Origin: Candidatus Moanibacter sp.
GTDB lineage: Bacteria; Verrucomicrobiota; Verrucomicrobiia; Opitutales; UBA2987
Reading direction: 5' to 3'
DNA length: 62,732 bases
NCBI GenBank assembly: GCA_965215885.1
Contig: CBDCEW010000002.1
Location: 1-62,732, forward strand
Under the pieces are notes generated by a model. It did not search any database, was not told the DNA's origin, and saw only the letters and a list, made by a program, of their open reading frames with translations. Below, piece by piece: positions 10,434 to 21,258 of this stretch. The position numbers were made by a program, and so were the translations under genes. Within the stretch, counting starts at the first letter, position 1. Every line of letters starts with the position of its first letter.

Positions 10434-11299
10434 TTCTTGAAAGTCGATTCCTTCAAGACTGTCTGAATCTCGTAGATCGATCCTGATTTCACAGGACCCG
10501 GTAACGGCAGCCGCACGGGACACTTCTCGATGCGAATGTTCTGCGTTGGTTCTCCTCGCAGGAAGGTCGCCCTGTAGGCGTCCCAATCCTGGTGCTGTCC
10601 GGGTCCCGGAACAAGCGAATAGGAATCTCCGGAACAATACATGCACAACAATAGCCGGCGCGGATTCGTCGACGAATTCGGCAATGAAGCGTGCAGAGTA
10701 CGGACGTGATGGATCGATATACCTCCAGCTTCCAATTCGATCAACTCCGCGGACGAATCATCGAAATCGGACTCAGTAACTGCGCCCGCAAAATGTCCGT
10801 CCTGGTGGTGATCGTAGATTCTGCCTTTATGCGAACCAGGAACAACCATCAGACAGCCGTTTTCCCGACTCATTTCATCGATCGCCACTCCGACCGCCAG
10901 AAGGTCATCATTGGAATGGGGATAGAACGCCCAGTCCTGATGCCACTCCACCGGGCTCCCGAACCCGCCCGATTTCATATTGAGCTTCGTGCCGTTGAAG
11001 CGGATCGACTCGGTGCCGATGAGTTGGGCCACGATATCCACGATTCCGTCGTGGCGTAAAGTCCGATTATACGCCTCGTGGACCAGATGGGGTTCTTTCA
11101 GACGACGAACCTTAGGGAATTCCGGAGTGTGATCAGGTTCGAGATCGAAAATGCCAGTGTGCTCCGTAATCTTGCGCGACTGCTCCACGAATTCGTCGGT
11201 GACGTCCTGCAATTCCTTCAATTCGGACGGGGAGAGAACGCCCTCAACACCGAGATATCCTCTATCGCGGTATTCTTCCACCTGAGCTGACGTCAGCAT
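10430..11299 (-). CDS. PhyH family dioxygenase
   Basis: WHQDWAFYPH, ENGCLMVVPGSH, distal LH and RRLLL. Confidence 0.92.
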   Translation of the reverse strand: MLTSAQVEEYRDRGYLGVEGVLSPSELKELQDVTDEFVEQSRKITEHTGIFDLEPDHTPEFPKVRRLKEPHLVHEAYNRTLRHDGIVDIVAQLIGTESIRFNGTKLNMKSGGFGSPVEWHQDWAFYPHSNDDLLAVGVAIDEMSRENGCLMVVPGSHKGRIYDHHQDGHFAGAVTESDFDDSSAELIELEAGGISIHHVRTLHASLPNSSTNPRRLLLCMYCSGDSYSLVPGPGQHQDWDAYRATFLRGEPTQNIRIEKCPVRLPLPGPVKSGSIYEIQTVLKESTFKN

Positions 11300-11385
11300 G
11301 ATTGTTTGTCCCCACTGTAATGGTTACATTTCACTCGAAATTCCAATCCTCGGTCACGAATGGTGTAGGTGGCATTGGGGATCTT

Positions 11386-12183
11386 TTAAGAGCCCTCGAC
11401 CGGGTTCACGAGACTGCCAATCTTCTCGATTTCGATTTCAACTTCGTCGCCGGGGCTGAGGACTACCTTTGGCTCGCGCGCCCAGCCGATGCCCGAGGGA
11501 GTCCCGGTCAGGATCACCGTGCCCGGAAGCAACGTCGTATCTTCAGAGAGGAATTTGATCAACGTGGGAACGTCAAAGATCATGTCCGCCGTATTGGACT
11601 CCTGCATGACATTACCATTGAGGATTGTCTTTATCGAAAGAGTGTTGGGATCGGGCAGCTCATCCGGCGTGACCATCACAGGTCCGAGGGGAGCAAAGGT
11701 ATCGAAACCCTTACCTCGGTTCCATTGGCTGCCCCCCTTTTCGAGCTGCCATTTCCTGGCCGATACATCATTGGCGGCAGTGTATCCGGCGACATAGTCC
11801 AAAGCTTCCTCGCTTCCGACGTCCCGGCAGGACTTACCGATGATCACAGCCAACTCCGCTTCGTAATCAACCTCACCATCACACACCTTCGGTATTCGGA
11901 TCGGTTCGAGATGGCCAGTCGCGGCGGCGCGATTCTTCATAAAGAGCACCGGGTATTCGGGTAGCGGAACTCCACTTTCTTCAGCGTGCTTCTGGTAGTT
12001 GAGTCCGATGCAGAATATCGCCGTTGGGGAAACGGGTGGGCGCCAACTTTTTACCTGCACTTCTTCTCCGGTCTTTTCGCACTGCCCCATTGGCTCCCCA
12101 CTCAAAGCAGCGAAGCTCCCGTCCGATTCTTCGCACACCAACTGTTGACGGTTCTCAATGTCAATCACTCTTGCAATACGCAT
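11386..12183 (-). CDS. Fumarylacetoacetate hydrolase family protein
   Basis: CIGLNY, DYEAEL, NDVSAR, GKGFDTFAPLGP and TGTPSG. Confidence 0.93.
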   Translation of the reverse strand: MRIARVIDIENRQQLVCEESDGSFAALSGEPMGQCEKTGEEVQVKSWRPPVSPTAIFCIGLNYQKHAEESGVPLPEYPVLFMKNRAAATGHLEPIRIPKVCDGEVDYEAELAVIIGKSCRDVGSEEALDYVAGYTAANDVSARKWQLEKGGSQWNRGKGFDTFAPLGPVMVTPDELPDPNTLSIKTILNGNVMQESNTADMIFDVPTLIKFLSEDTTLLPGTVILTGTPSGIGWAREPKVVLSPGDEVEIEIEKIGSLVNPVEGS

Positions 12184-12427
12184 TCGTTTTCCTCCTTCAC
12201 TTCCAGTTTGTCCAAAACACAGCACAGGGCGGATACACCTAACCTTTTCTCACCCTACCTACCTACGAATGGTCCCAAATTCAGCCATATTCAAGAACTA
12301 TCTCCTTTCGCATCTCTAATCTTATCCATTATTTCCCCTGCCTCTTTAACCTGTTTGAGACTCCTCCAGCCCATCACTCCAAATTCCGTTAATGATAACC
12401 ATCTATTATTTTTAATCTCGCTGGGTT

Positions 12428-12964
12428 CAATTCCCCGAAGCTTGCTTCGGCTTTAGTGGTATATGATGATAGGGGATGGGAAGTCGTTACATCCACAAAA
12501 GTCACAATGTATCGGTGCTGATGTATCATCTGGTGTGCGCAGCGAAGTATCGTCGAGTTGTGATGAGTGAGCGTGTGGACGAGGTTCTGAGGGCAGCCTG
12601 CATCGAGATTGAAAAGCGCTGGGAGATTGTCTTCTTGGAAATAGGATTAGATCGAGACCATGCACACTTTCTGATCCAGTCGGTGCCGGCTTACAGTCCG
12701 ACGAGGATCGTTACGACGGTGAAGAGTGTAACTGCGCGCGAAGTGTTTGCGAAAGCACCGGAGGTGAAGAAGCAACTGTGGGGCGGAGAGTTCTGGGGAA
12801 AAGGGTACTTCGTAAACACGGTGGGGCAACACAGCAGCGAGAGCGTGATCGCGGCCTATATCGCGAATCAAGGTGAGGAGGCAAATTACCAGCGATTGCA
12901 TAAAGGGCAGTTGGAGTTGGGATTATTTTGAAAATGCCTCGGGGCTTGCCCCGAGGATCTTTAC
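12428..12964 (+). mobile_element. IS200-type insertion sequence (IS200/IS605 family, tnpA only)
   Basis: Subterminal hairpins CCGAAGC-TT-GCTTCGG (12435-12450) and CCTCGGGGC-TT-GCCCCGAGG (12937-12956) flank tnpA. Exact ends are approximate. Confidence 0.85.
12476..12931 (+). CDS. tnpA: IS200/IS605 Y1 (HUH) transposase
   Basis: YHLVCAAKYRR, HUH motif DHAHFL, FWGKGYFVNTVG and catalytic YIANQ. Confidence 0.95.
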   Translation: MGSRYIHKSHNVSVLMYHLVCAAKYRRVVMSERVDEVLRAACIEIEKRWEIVFLEIGLDRDHAHFLIQSVPAYSPTRIVTTVKSVTAREVFAKAPEVKKQLWGGEFWGKGYFVNTVGQHSSESVIAAYIANQGEEANYQRLHKGQLELGLF

Positions 12965-13130
12965 TGAAAATTAAAAATAAGGCATGCAATGCACCACAAT
13001 CGCCTCCTCCGAAATCCATAGGTAAACAAAGCCCTTGAGGTCAGGGCATGGTGCCCAAATCAGATTGGCGTCGCTGGAAACAAATCTGGGCAACACGCCG
13101 GGTTATCCAGCAATCAGATTCACAAGGAAC

Positions 13131-14765
13131 TCACCAACCGAGGGCGTAGCCGTCGCGCCTTGGGTCGGCCCCGCCCATGAAGCACCCGGACTCCGGATCG
13201 ACCATGATTCCGTGTCCGCCACCGACCATCGGTGACCAATCCTCCAGAGGATCGATCTCATGCCCCTTCGATTTCAACTCGGCGAGGACTTGGCGATCAA
13301 TGCGACTCTCAGCGAGAACGGTCTGCCCGCCGAAAGTCCTGACGCGCGGCGCCTCAATAGCTGCCTGAATATTCATATCGTGGTCGATAATATTCATGAT
13401 CATCTGCGGTGTAGTCTGAAGGATTCCATAGCTGCCCGGCGTCCCGATGAGAAAACGAAGACCAGCCTCATCCCAGACCTGCGCCGGCGACATGCACATC
13501 TCAATCTTCTTCCAGGGGCCAATGGCATTCGGGCTCTTCGGATCGAGATCGAACCAGTTCATAAAGTTATTCAGCGCAATCCCGGTTCCGGGCACCACCA
13601 TGGCCGACCCGAAGGCGCTGCCCAGACTCTGAGTGACGGCGACCGCATTGCCTCGGGAGTCGATGGCATCAAAGTGAGTCGTACATTCTTTTTCGAGCCA
13701 GGCGTCAGAATCTCCAGGCGAAACCTCGTCTTCGAATCTCCTTTCCGTATAGTATTCCCCGCCGATGGGACGTGCCCGATCTCCAATGAGGGCACGGCGC
13801 GCGGCCGCATATTCCTTGGAAAGCAAAACGTCGATCTCACTACCCACTCCCCCGGCATATGCAATTCGGTCGGCGACGCAGAGTTTGGCCGCCTCGATGA
13901 AGGTGTGAAGCATTTGAGCGGTGTTGTGCCCCATCGCGGCCACATCGAGACCCTCCATGATGCTGAGGTTCTGCAGAAATTCGAAACCCTGACACGGTCT
14001 CGGGGGCACCCAAATTCGAAAGCCTCGGTAATCCCCACAGATGGGGTCGAGCCACACCGGTTCGAACCCAGCGAGGTCCTCCCTTGCTATCAGTCCACCT
14101 GTCTCCGACATGAATTCGGCGATCTTCTCACCGATCTCGCCAGTATAGAAGACATCGGATCCTGCGGCCGCCACGGCGCGAAAGGTCGCCGCGAGATCCT
14201 TCTGAATGAGCTTGTCGCCCGCTCGTGGCGCCTTACCGTCACACAAATATGTGGCGACAGAGGATGGGTATTTGAGGAATTCCTCGACCGTTGCATGAAA
14301 CACGACGGCGTTCTTAACGGTGATCGCGATTCCGCTCTCCGCATAATCGATGGCAGGGGCGAAAACGGTGGCTGCGTCCATTGTCCCGTAGCGTCGCAGG
14401 GCCTCCAGCCACCCGCCGCAGGCGCCCGGCGTCAACACCGAGAGGGGTCCGCGAAACTTTTTCTCAGCGCTGTCGTAGAGTTCGAGGCGGGCGGCTTCTG
14501 GAGCAAGACCGACATAGTCGAGTACCTTGTGGTCTCCGGATTCGGCATGATAGATGTGCATGTAGCCCTCACCGCCAATTCCAGACATATACGGTTCAGC
14601 CACGTTGAGAGCAGCCGCTGTCGCCACCGCCGCGTCGATCGCATTGCCGCCATCCATGAGGATCCGAAGGCCGGCCAGCGAGGCGTTCGGATTCGCGGAT
14701 GATACCAGACCGCGACACCCCGTCACAGTGGCGCGATGGACCAGACCTCTCGAAGAAAATGCCAT
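13131..14765 (-). CDS. ggt: Gamma-glutamyltransferase
   Basis: GGNAIDAAVA, EPYMSGIGG, autoprocessing TTHF, GTPG and GGADPRRDG. Confidence 0.93.
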   Translation of the reverse strand: MAFSSRGLVHRATVTGCRGLVSSANPNASLAGLRILMDGGNAIDAAVATAAALNVAEPYMSGIGGEGYMHIYHAESGDHKVLDYVGLAPEAARLELYDSAEKKFRGPLSVLTPGACGGWLEALRRYGTMDAATVFAPAIDYAESGIAITVKNAVVFHATVEEFLKYPSSVATYLCDGKAPRAGDKLIQKDLAATFRAVAAAGSDVFYTGEIGEKIAEFMSETGGLIAREDLAGFEPVWLDPICGDYRGFRIWVPPRPCQGFEFLQNLSIMEGLDVAAMGHNTAQMLHTFIEAAKLCVADRIAYAGGVGSEIDVLLSKEYAAARRALIGDRARPIGGEYYTERRFEDEVSPGDSDAWLEKECTTHFDAIDSRGNAVAVTQSLGSAFGSAMVVPGTGIALNNFMNWFDLDPKSPNAIGPWKKIEMCMSPAQVWDEAGLRFLIGTPGSYGILQTTPQMIMNIIDHDMNIQAAIEAPRVRTFGGQTVLAESRIDRQVLAELKSKGHEIDPLEDWSPMVGGGHGIMVDPESGCFMGGADPRRDGYALGW

Positions 14766-14784
14766 TATTCTGTTCTTCTCACGG

Positions 14785-14891
14785 ATTGAAACAAACGTCC
14801 CCGGAGGGGCCGTTCCACCACTGAAATCCTCGCTAGTGGTGGATCGGGCGCTCCGCGCACGATGACAATACAGTCAGGTCAGCCACCCCGT
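14785..14891. repeat. ~107-bp REP-doublet element, copy 2
   Basis: Inverted copy of 7268-7374. Confidence 0.85.
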
Positions 14892-14981
14892 AGCAAGCTT
14901 CGCCGGCTCTCCCCCTCCGCTTCCCGCTTAACGGGATTGCGGCAACTCTGCGTTGTGTAATAAAGGAGACTACTTGCACCC

Positions 14982-15884
14982 ATGCCGGAACTTCCCGACA
15001 TTCAAGTCTACCTCGACGGTCTCCAGTCCCGGATCGTGGGACAACGTATCAATCGAATCCGCGTCCTGAAACCATTTCTCGTGCGCACCTTCGACCCACC
15101 GGTAAAAAGCGCCGAAGGCAGCGTCGTCGTTGGACTGAGTCGCCTCGGGAAACGAATCGTCTGGGAAATGGAGGGCGACCTCTTCCTCGTCTTTCATCTC
15201 ATGGTCGCCGGACGCTACCGCTGGTACGACCGTTCGAAAAGGACCAAACCCAAGCTGGGCAAGATCGCCCTCGCCGCATTCGAGTTCGCCACCGGTACTC
15301 TCGTCCTAACCGAAGCGGGTACTACTCGGCGGGCTTCCCTGCACCTCTTGCAGGGAAAGTCGGCCTTGTCCGACCACGATCCCGGAGGCCTGGAGGTTCT
15401 GGATTCCGATGAATCTACCTTTGCCAAAATCCTACGATCTGAAAACCACACATTAAAACGAGCACTTACCGATCCGAAGCTCTTCAGCGGCATCGGTAAC
15501 GCCTATTCTGACGAGATCCTTTTTGCCGCGCGAATTTCACCCGTGAAACTCACCCGGAAACTCAGCGATGCCGAAATCTCCCTGGTCCATAGGGCCACCG
15601 TCGATATCCTGTCGATATGGACAGACTGCCTCTGCCGGCAATTTCACGACGAATTCCCTGGTCCCGGCGATATCACGGCATTTCGACCCGAATTTAATGT
15701 CCATGGAAAATATCTCAAGCCCTGCCGAGTCTGCGGCACCAGCGTGCAGCGCATACGCTACGCCTCGAACGAGACAAACTACTGCCCAAGATGCCAGACG
15801 GGGGGAAAGATCCTGCGCGATCGATCGCTCTCCCTACTCCTCAAGAAAGACTGGCCAAGTTCGATTGAAGAACTCGAGGGCTGA
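14982..15884 (+). CDS. Fpg/Nei family DNA glycosylase
   Basis: N-terminal PELPD, H2TH motif GIGNAYSDE and C-terminal zinc finger CRVC..CPRCQ. Confidence 0.93.
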   Translation: MPELPDIQVYLDGLQSRIVGQRINRIRVLKPFLVRTFDPPVKSAEGSVVVGLSRLGKRIVWEMEGDLFLVFHLMVAGRYRWYDRSKRTKPKLGKIALAAFEFATGTLVLTEAGTTRRASLHLLQGKSALSDHDPGGLEVLDSDESTFAKILRSENHTLKRALTDPKLFSGIGNAYSDEILFAARISPVKLTRKLSDAEISLVHRATVDILSIWTDCLCRQFHDEFPGPGDITAFRPEFNVHGKYLKPCRVCGTSVQRIRYASNETNYCPRCQTGGKILRDRSLSLLLKKDWPSSIEELEG

Positions 15885-16050
15885 AGCGATACCGGCTCCC
15901 ACGAGCTGGTTTCAGGTCAGCGGAGCCACCGGCCGCGCTGACCCTTGCCGGATCAAACGGGTGTGGAATTTCGGATTGCTGTGTCCACGAAGACGCAGTT
16001 TCAATCCCTGCTTTATCTCCCCGTTCTTGCGGACGCGGCTACCGAGAGGG

Positions 16051-16117
16051 CAGGAAGCTCGCTTGCGATCGATCCAAACATTTCAGCGTTCCCTTCCGCC
16101 GCAAGCGGCCTTCCTAC
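16051..16117. repeat. REP pair (TAGGAAG..GCTTGCG family)
   Basis: CAGGAAGCTCGCTTGCG and GCAAGCGGCCTTCCTAC. Same family at 18425-18493, 43775-43788 and 44818-44877. Confidence 0.8.
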
Positions 16118-16167
16118 GATTCACAATCTTCGAAAATCAACTCCACGGTCATAGATACTTTCCCATG

Positions 16168-17115
16168 TCACACCCTGAGAGCTTCCATCTCCAGCGCCTC
16201 GAGATAGTCTTGATACGTACGCCTCAGACCTTCTTCCAGCTCGATTTTCGGCGCCCACCCCAACGCCCGTATTCGTGAGACATTGAGTAGCTTTCGCGGT
16301 GGTCCATCGGGCTTCGAACTGTCGTAACAAATCTCTCCATTGTAACCAACGATGCCCCGAATCAGCTCCGCGAGCTCCCGGATCGTCATATCCTCCCCCG
16401 ATCCGACATTCACCCAGTCGTGCGGATCGTCAACCCGCAAGAGATGCAAAATTGATTCGGCCAGATCATCGACGTGTAGAAACTCCCTTCTGGGTTCCCC
16501 CGATCCCCACAGGGTTACATTCGGCAGTCCACTTTCCCTGGCTTCGTGAAATTTTCGCAAAAGGTCAGGAATCACATGGCTATTCTCCGTATGATACCTA
16601 TCCCCCGGACCGTAGAGATTTGTGGGCATAACGGAATGATAAAGGACGCCGTACTGCCTGCGATAGTGCTGGCACAGTTTGAGCCCGGCGATTTTGGCGA
16701 AAGCATAGGCCTCGTTGGTCGCCTCCAACGGGCTGGTCAGAAGAGAGTCCTCACGCATCGGCTGCGGCGCATCTCGAGGATAGATGCACGAACTCCCGAG
16801 GAACAACAACCGCTTCACGCCACATCTGTAGGCCGCGTGGATCACATTCAATGCGATTGCCAGATTCTCGTATATGAACTCGGCCGGATAGGTTGCGTTG
16901 GCATAGATCCCACCCACCTTGGCCGCCGCCACGATGACAGTCTCGGGCTGACTCTCCTCGAGAAAGTCCGTCACTCCGACTGCGTCGCACAGATCCAACT
17001 CATCGTGAGTGCGGGTGAGAAGTTTCCCGTATCCCTCAGAATAAAGTCTCCTCATCAAAGCGGCTCCTACCATTCCCCGGTGCCCTGCTATGTATATTCT
17101 GTCATTCAATGTCAT
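16168..17115 (-). CDS. fcl: GDP-L-fucose synthase
   Basis: [28 protein letters not shown] and REFLHVDD. Confidence 0.97.
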   Translation of the reverse strand: MTLNDRIYIAGHRGMVGAALMRRLYSEGYGKLLTRTHDELDLCDAVGVTDFLEESQPETVIVAAAKVGGIYANATYPAEFIYENLAIALNVIHAAYRCGVKRLLFLGSSCIYPRDAPQPMREDSLLTSPLEATNEAYAFAKIAGLKLCQHYRRQYGVLYHSVMPTNLYGPGDRYHTENSHVIPDLLRKFHEARESGLPNVTLWGSGEPRREFLHVDDLAESILHLLRVDDPHDWVNVGSGEDMTIRELAELIRGIVGYNGEICYDSSKPDGPPRKLLNVSRIRALGWAPKIELEEGLRRTYQDYLEALEMEALRV

Positions 17116-17210
17116 CGTTTTTAGGAATCTGGGTACTTAGGCCCTTACGTCTGCTAACTAAGCAATCTATTGTCTACTCTGGGAAGACTGGCCACCGGTT
17201 GCTGTAGACT

Positions 17211-18233
17211 CTATTTAATCCCGGCCGTCGCCTGCTGATAGGCCAATTCCTGCTTGGCCAGCACCAGGTCGGCATCGACCATCAGTTTAACTAGGTCTTT
17301 AAACATTACTTTCGGAATCCAATTCAGTTCTTTCCTGGCCTTGGCAGGATTCCCTATAAGCAAATCCACCTCGGAAGGACGCTCATAGCGGTCATCGTGC
17401 TGCACATACTCCTTCCAATCCATATCGAGGAGAGCAAAGGCCTCCTCACAGAAATCCTGAACGGTATGCGTTTCGTTCGTGGCGATAACATAGTCGTCGG
17501 ATGCGTCTTGCTGCACCATGAGCCACATTGCTTCGACATACTCGGGAGCGTACCCCCAATCGCGGCGAGCTTCCATATTTCCCATGAATATCTTGTCCTG
17601 CAGACCCATCTTAATCCGCGTCGCGGCACGGGAGATCTTTCGCGTAACGAAGGTCTCCCCCCGGCGTGGTGATTCATGATTAAACAGAATCCCATTGCTC
17701 GCGTGCAGCCCGTATGCCTCCCGGTAGTTTACCGTCAACCAATAAGCATAGACTTTTGCGCATCCATACGGTGAGCGTGGATGAAAAGGGGTCGTTTCGG
17801 TCTGGGGCACTTCGTGAACCTTTCCAAACATCTCCGAGGAAGAGGCCTGATAAAAGCGAATCTTTCCTTCCAACCCTACCTCCCGAATCGCCTCAAGTAG
17901 CCGAACCGTACTCAGCCCCGTGACATCTCCCGTGTATTCCGGGATGTCGAAAGACACCCGCACGTGACTCTGTGCTCCCAGATTGTAGATCTCGTCGGGA
18001 CGAAGCTGGTAAAGCAGCTTTACAAGATTAACGGAGTCGGCCAGATCCCCGTAATGAAGAAAAAGACGGTTGCCGTGAATGTGTGGATCCTGGTAAAGGT
18101 GATCGATCCGGCTCGTGTTGAAGGTCGAGGAGCGTCGGATGATCCCATGTACCTCATAGCCTTTCTCCAGCAACAATTCAGCCAGGTAGGACCCGTCCTG
18201 ACCCGTTATCCCAGTTACCAGTGCCTTCTTCAT
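17211..18233 (-). CDS. gmd: GDP-mannose 4,6-dehydratase
   Basis: [25 protein letters not shown] and [15 protein letters not shown]. Confidence 0.98.
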   Translation of the reverse strand: MKKALVTGITGQDGSYLAELLLEKGYEVHGIIRRSSTFNTSRIDHLYQDPHIHGNRLFLHYGDLADSVNLVKLLYQLRPDEIYNLGAQSHVRVSFDIPEYTGDVTGLSTVRLLEAIREVGLEGKIRFYQASSSEMFGKVHEVPQTETTPFHPRSPYGCAKVYAYWLTVNYREAYGLHASNGILFNHESPRRGETFVTRKISRAATRIKMGLQDKIFMGNMEARRDWGYAPEYVEAMWLMVQQDASDDYVIATNETHTVQDFCEEAFALLDMDWKEYVQHDDRYERPSEVDLLIGNPAKARKELNWIPKVMFKDLVKLMVDADLVLAKQELAYQQATAGIK

Positions 18234-18424
18234 TTGTAGCGTGTTTTCACCTCCGACCATCATAGCATCATTAATTATGCTTGTCTTTGCGTAATTACGT
18301 AATTTTTACTTAATAATATGCGCAGCCACGACGGTGTGTGTCCAATAATCGCCGGAAAGCGAGATTAATACGAGTCTTCTGAAACGAAGGTCCTAATGGA
18401 ATCCTCAACCACGCTGTCATTCGA

Positions 18425-18493
18425 TCGCAAGCGGCCTTCCTACAACAAATTATGTCCCGGCTTGCCGGGATAGGAAGCTCGCTTGCGAGCGAT
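18425..18493. repeat. REP pair (TAGGAAG family)
   Basis: TCGCAAGCGGCCTTCCTAC ... TAGGAAGCTCGCTTGCGAGCGAT. Confidence 0.8.
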
Positions 18494-18533
18494 GGTATCA
18501 CGATCTTAGCGCCAATCGAGTCAGGTCCTGATT

Positions 18534-19751
18534 TTGCAAAGAGTGAAAAGGCAACTGAATAGGCGGAACGTGGCGGTAGCATTTGACCTGGATTTTCAGC
18601 ACGCCATGGAAATCTTCGAAGGGATTCGCGATTTCTGTCGAGAAAGGGACCAATGGAACCTGATGGCGCTGAACTTCGGCTTTGAAGAACTCCTGAACGA
18701 CCTCGTAATATCGAAGAAGATCGACGGGATCATCGGCAGTTTCATCAGCGACGCCTGGTTACGCTCGCTCGATAACCAGGACATCGCAGTGGTAAACGTA
18801 TCGAAGCTGTCGCGAATTGAGACGGTCAGCACGGTAGGAGTGGATGAACGTGAGATCGGTAGGACTGTGGCAAGTACGTTGATTGATAGTGGATTGAATC
18901 AATTTGCTTACTGTGGAATCGCGGGATGCTACTTCTCGCAACTCAGGGAGATCGGTTACAAGGAATTCCTGGCCGCGCATGGATATGATTACGCGAACCT
19001 ACCGAACAGAGATACGGCATTCCTGGGAGAACGCATAGAGACTTTGACACTCCCAACAGGTATTTTCTGTGCCAACGATTTTCTGGCAAGGAAGCTAGTC
19101 CTCCAATGCGGTCAACTGCAATTGAATGTGCCGGATGAGGTCGCAATCATCGGGGTGGGAAACAGCGCCATTGATTCCATCTTCGCGGGGATACCTCTTT
19201 CCAGCGTGGCCCTACCAAGCCGTCAGATTGGATACGCGGCAGCCCGGCAGTTGAACAGACTACTTGGCAGCAGGAATGCAAAACCTGAAGCGATCAATCT
19301 CGCTCCGGATGGCATATTTCAACGTGAATCTTCGCTCCGGCAGGGCATTGCGCAAAGAGCCGTCGAACGCGCGCTCAATACAATCAGGGAGAACCTGGCG
19401 CAGCCGTTGACGGTCGATTTTGTAGCGAGGAACGCGGGCGTATCACGACGCAGCCTGGAGATGAAATTCAAAGAAACTCTGGGACGCAGCCCCTATGCCG
19501 AAATTACGCGTCTTCGAATGGAACGAGCCTCCAATCTGCTCCTGGATTCAGAATTGAGGATCTATCAGATCGGAGAGCGCTGCGGATATCCCGAACAGCA
19601 TCAATTCAGCACCGCTTTCAAGAGATTTTGGAAGAGTAGCCCGAAGGCCTTCAGGGAGAGCGGATGTTCCATGGGTTCGACGAGGCTGACCACAGTAGAA
19701 TTGAGAACAGAACACCGAACATTGAACACTCAACGTCCAACATTGAAGTAA
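18534..19751 (+). CDS. XylR-type regulator (LacI-like sensor domain plus AraC HTH)
   Basis: GIFCAND, VPDEVAIIGV, LSSV and the C-terminal double HTH SRRSLEMKF..CGY..FSTAFKR. Start codon uncertain. Confidence 0.9.
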   Translation: MQRVKRQLNRRNVAVAFDLDFQHAMEIFEGIRDFCRERDQWNLMALNFGFEELLNDLVISKKIDGIIGSFISDAWLRSLDNQDIAVVNVSKLSRIETVSTVGVDEREIGRTVASTLIDSGLNQFAYCGIAGCYFSQLREIGYKEFLAAHGYDYANLPNRDTAFLGERIETLTLPTGIFCANDFLARKLVLQCGQLQLNVPDEVAIIGVGNSAIDSIFAGIPLSSVALPSRQIGYAAARQLNRLLGSRNAKPEAINLAPDGIFQRESSLRQGIAQRAVERALNTIRENLAQPLTVDFVARNAGVSRRSLEMKFKETLGRSPYAEITRLRMERASNLLLDSELRIYQIGERCGYPEQHQFSTAFKRFWKSSPKAFRESGCSMGSTRLTTVELRTEHRTLNTQRPTLK

Positions 19752-20224
19752 AGACCTTCGGCGTTCGATGTTCGATGTTCTACGCCAAACCTTCCTAACA
19801 GAGAGATTCCGTCGAATTGTAGAACGAAGAACTCGAGGTTGGTCTCCACACCGAAGTGGAACGCGCCTGCCCTCCGAAGCTTCTCAAGCGAAGGAGGGGA
19901 AGCGATTCTACGCAATAGCACTGTAAGTTTCGACAAGGTTCGGGACAACGTTCGCGACGAAGTTCGCACAGAGGCGGAACCTGTTCGATCTTCCGGTCGT
20001 GATCCTAGTCGTGGTCCAATATCGAAAGAAGAGAAGATCGATCGCAGAGCACGATTGAGATCACGATGGGAGAGGGGGCCGTTCGATCTCCTCCCCTCTT
20101 TTTTCACTTGCCCGCTCCTTCTTCGCCATGTTTATCTTTTCCGCGCTGCGGGGAAGTGTGGTCAAGCGTCCCACTTCTCCCCGGGTTGCAAAGCAACCTG
20201 CTGCATTTTGCGCAGCAAAACGCC

Positions 20225-20298
20225 GGGGGATTAGCTCAGTTGGTTAGAGCGCTTGCTTCACACGCAAGAAGTCGGCAGTTCGAGTCTGCCATCTCCCA
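20225..20298 (+). tRNA. tRNA-Val(CAC), CCA not encoded
   Basis: Acceptor stem GGGGGAT/ATCTCCC, D arm GCTCAGTTGGTTAGAGC, anticodon arm CTTGC-TTCACAC-GCAAG and T loop GTTCGAG. Confidence 0.96.
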
Positions 20299-20380
20299 TT
20301 TTTTTCGGTCTGCGCCCGAAAAAGAAATCACAGATGTCAAAATCTCGCCACCTTTAGCCCGGACATTTCACACACTTCGT

Positions 20381-20515
20381 AGCGAGATGCTGAGCCTGAA
20401 AAATCCGATCCGTGACGGGTTCATCACCGTGCCCGATGGGCCCGGCCTGGGTGTCGAATTGGATGAAGAGGCGATTGCCAGACACCTGCCCGCCGTTAAG
20501 CCGATGTGGATTTGA
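20381..20515 (+). pseudogene. C-terminal remnant of an enolase-superfamily (mandelate racemase-like) gene
   Basis: IRDGFITVPDGPGLGVELDEEAIARH matches the C-termini of the intact paralogs at 37626 and 48116. Confidence 0.8.
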
Positions 20516-20633
20516 AGCATGTTGCTTTGATATGGAAGTTCTGACCGAACACCACGAACGAGTTAAAGATAATCTGGAATTCGTCCATTTGCGGCTTGCC
20601 TGTGATAACAATTAACGCCATTATGTAATCATC

Positions 20634-20858
20634 ATGATCCGCACACAGATTAGTCTATCCGAACGCGAATACAAGGCGGCTAAGCGGGAAGCCAAAAAGC
20701 TTGGGATTTCCCTGGCGGAATTGTTGCGCCGGTCCCTCCGCCACGTTTTGCCCGCTGACGAGAAAAAACCGTGGATGCGATACGCGGGCATGGTCGAGTC
20801 CGGGGATTCGAAATCGAGCGAGCATATAGACGATATTGTTTATGGCCCCAAGAGCTGA
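20634..20858 (+). CDS. Putative antitoxin (RHH/CopG-like, VapB)
   Basis: MIRTQISL..GISLAELLRR, overlapping a PIN gene. Confidence 0.85.
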   Translation: MIRTQISLSEREYKAAKREAKKLGISLAELLRRSLRHVLPADEKKPWMRYAGMVESGDSKSSEHIDDIVYGPKS

Positions 20859-21255
20859 TGCCTATGTCGATACCTCGGCCCTGATTGCATTTCTCGACCG
20901 GTCGGATTCTCATCACGTTCTTTTCCGGCAACTGTTCTCTAAACCACCCAGACTGGTGACGACGTCGCTTGTGGTTTCGGAGGGTCATGCCTGGTTCCTT
21001 CGGCGATACGATCGGAGCCGTGGCTTGCAGTTTCTCGCCATGGTCGAGGAAATGACGCCACTGAAGGTGGTTGCGGTTGGGAATAACGAGCTTCAAGGCG
21101 CGACCACGATTCTGCGGCGTTTTGCGGATCAGGATCTCACCATGACCGACGCAGTCGGCCTCTATACAATGGAAAACCTACCGGTAAGCAGTTGCTGGTC
21201 AACGGATTTTCACCTGGGTCTAACGGGGGTGCCTCTGGTGATTCACGGCCTTTGA
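20842..21255 (+). CDS. vapC: PIN-domain toxin (VapC-like)
   Basis: YVDTSA, conserved E, TDA and STDFH acidic residues. Confidence 0.9.
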   Translation: MAPRADAYVDTSALIAFLDRSDSHHVLFRQLFSKPPRLVTTSLVVSEGHAWFLRRYDRSRGLQFLAMVEEMTPLKVVAVGNNELQGATTILRRFADQDLTMTDAVGLYTMENLPVSSCWSTDFHLGLTGVPLVIHGL

Positions 21256-21258
21256 GGA

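Noticed and set aside
12476..12964. TnpB/IscB RNA-guided system or RAYT at the Y1 transposase
   Set aside because: No tnpB follows, the right-end hairpin directly follows the stop codon, and the protein and ends are IS200-like.
13260..14702. 480-aa plus-strand ORF and other long antisense ORFs (e.g. 28622-29497, 59018-59923, 61332-62126, 62291-62719)
   Set aside because: They are shadow frames of well-supported genes on the opposite strand and have no recognisable motifs.
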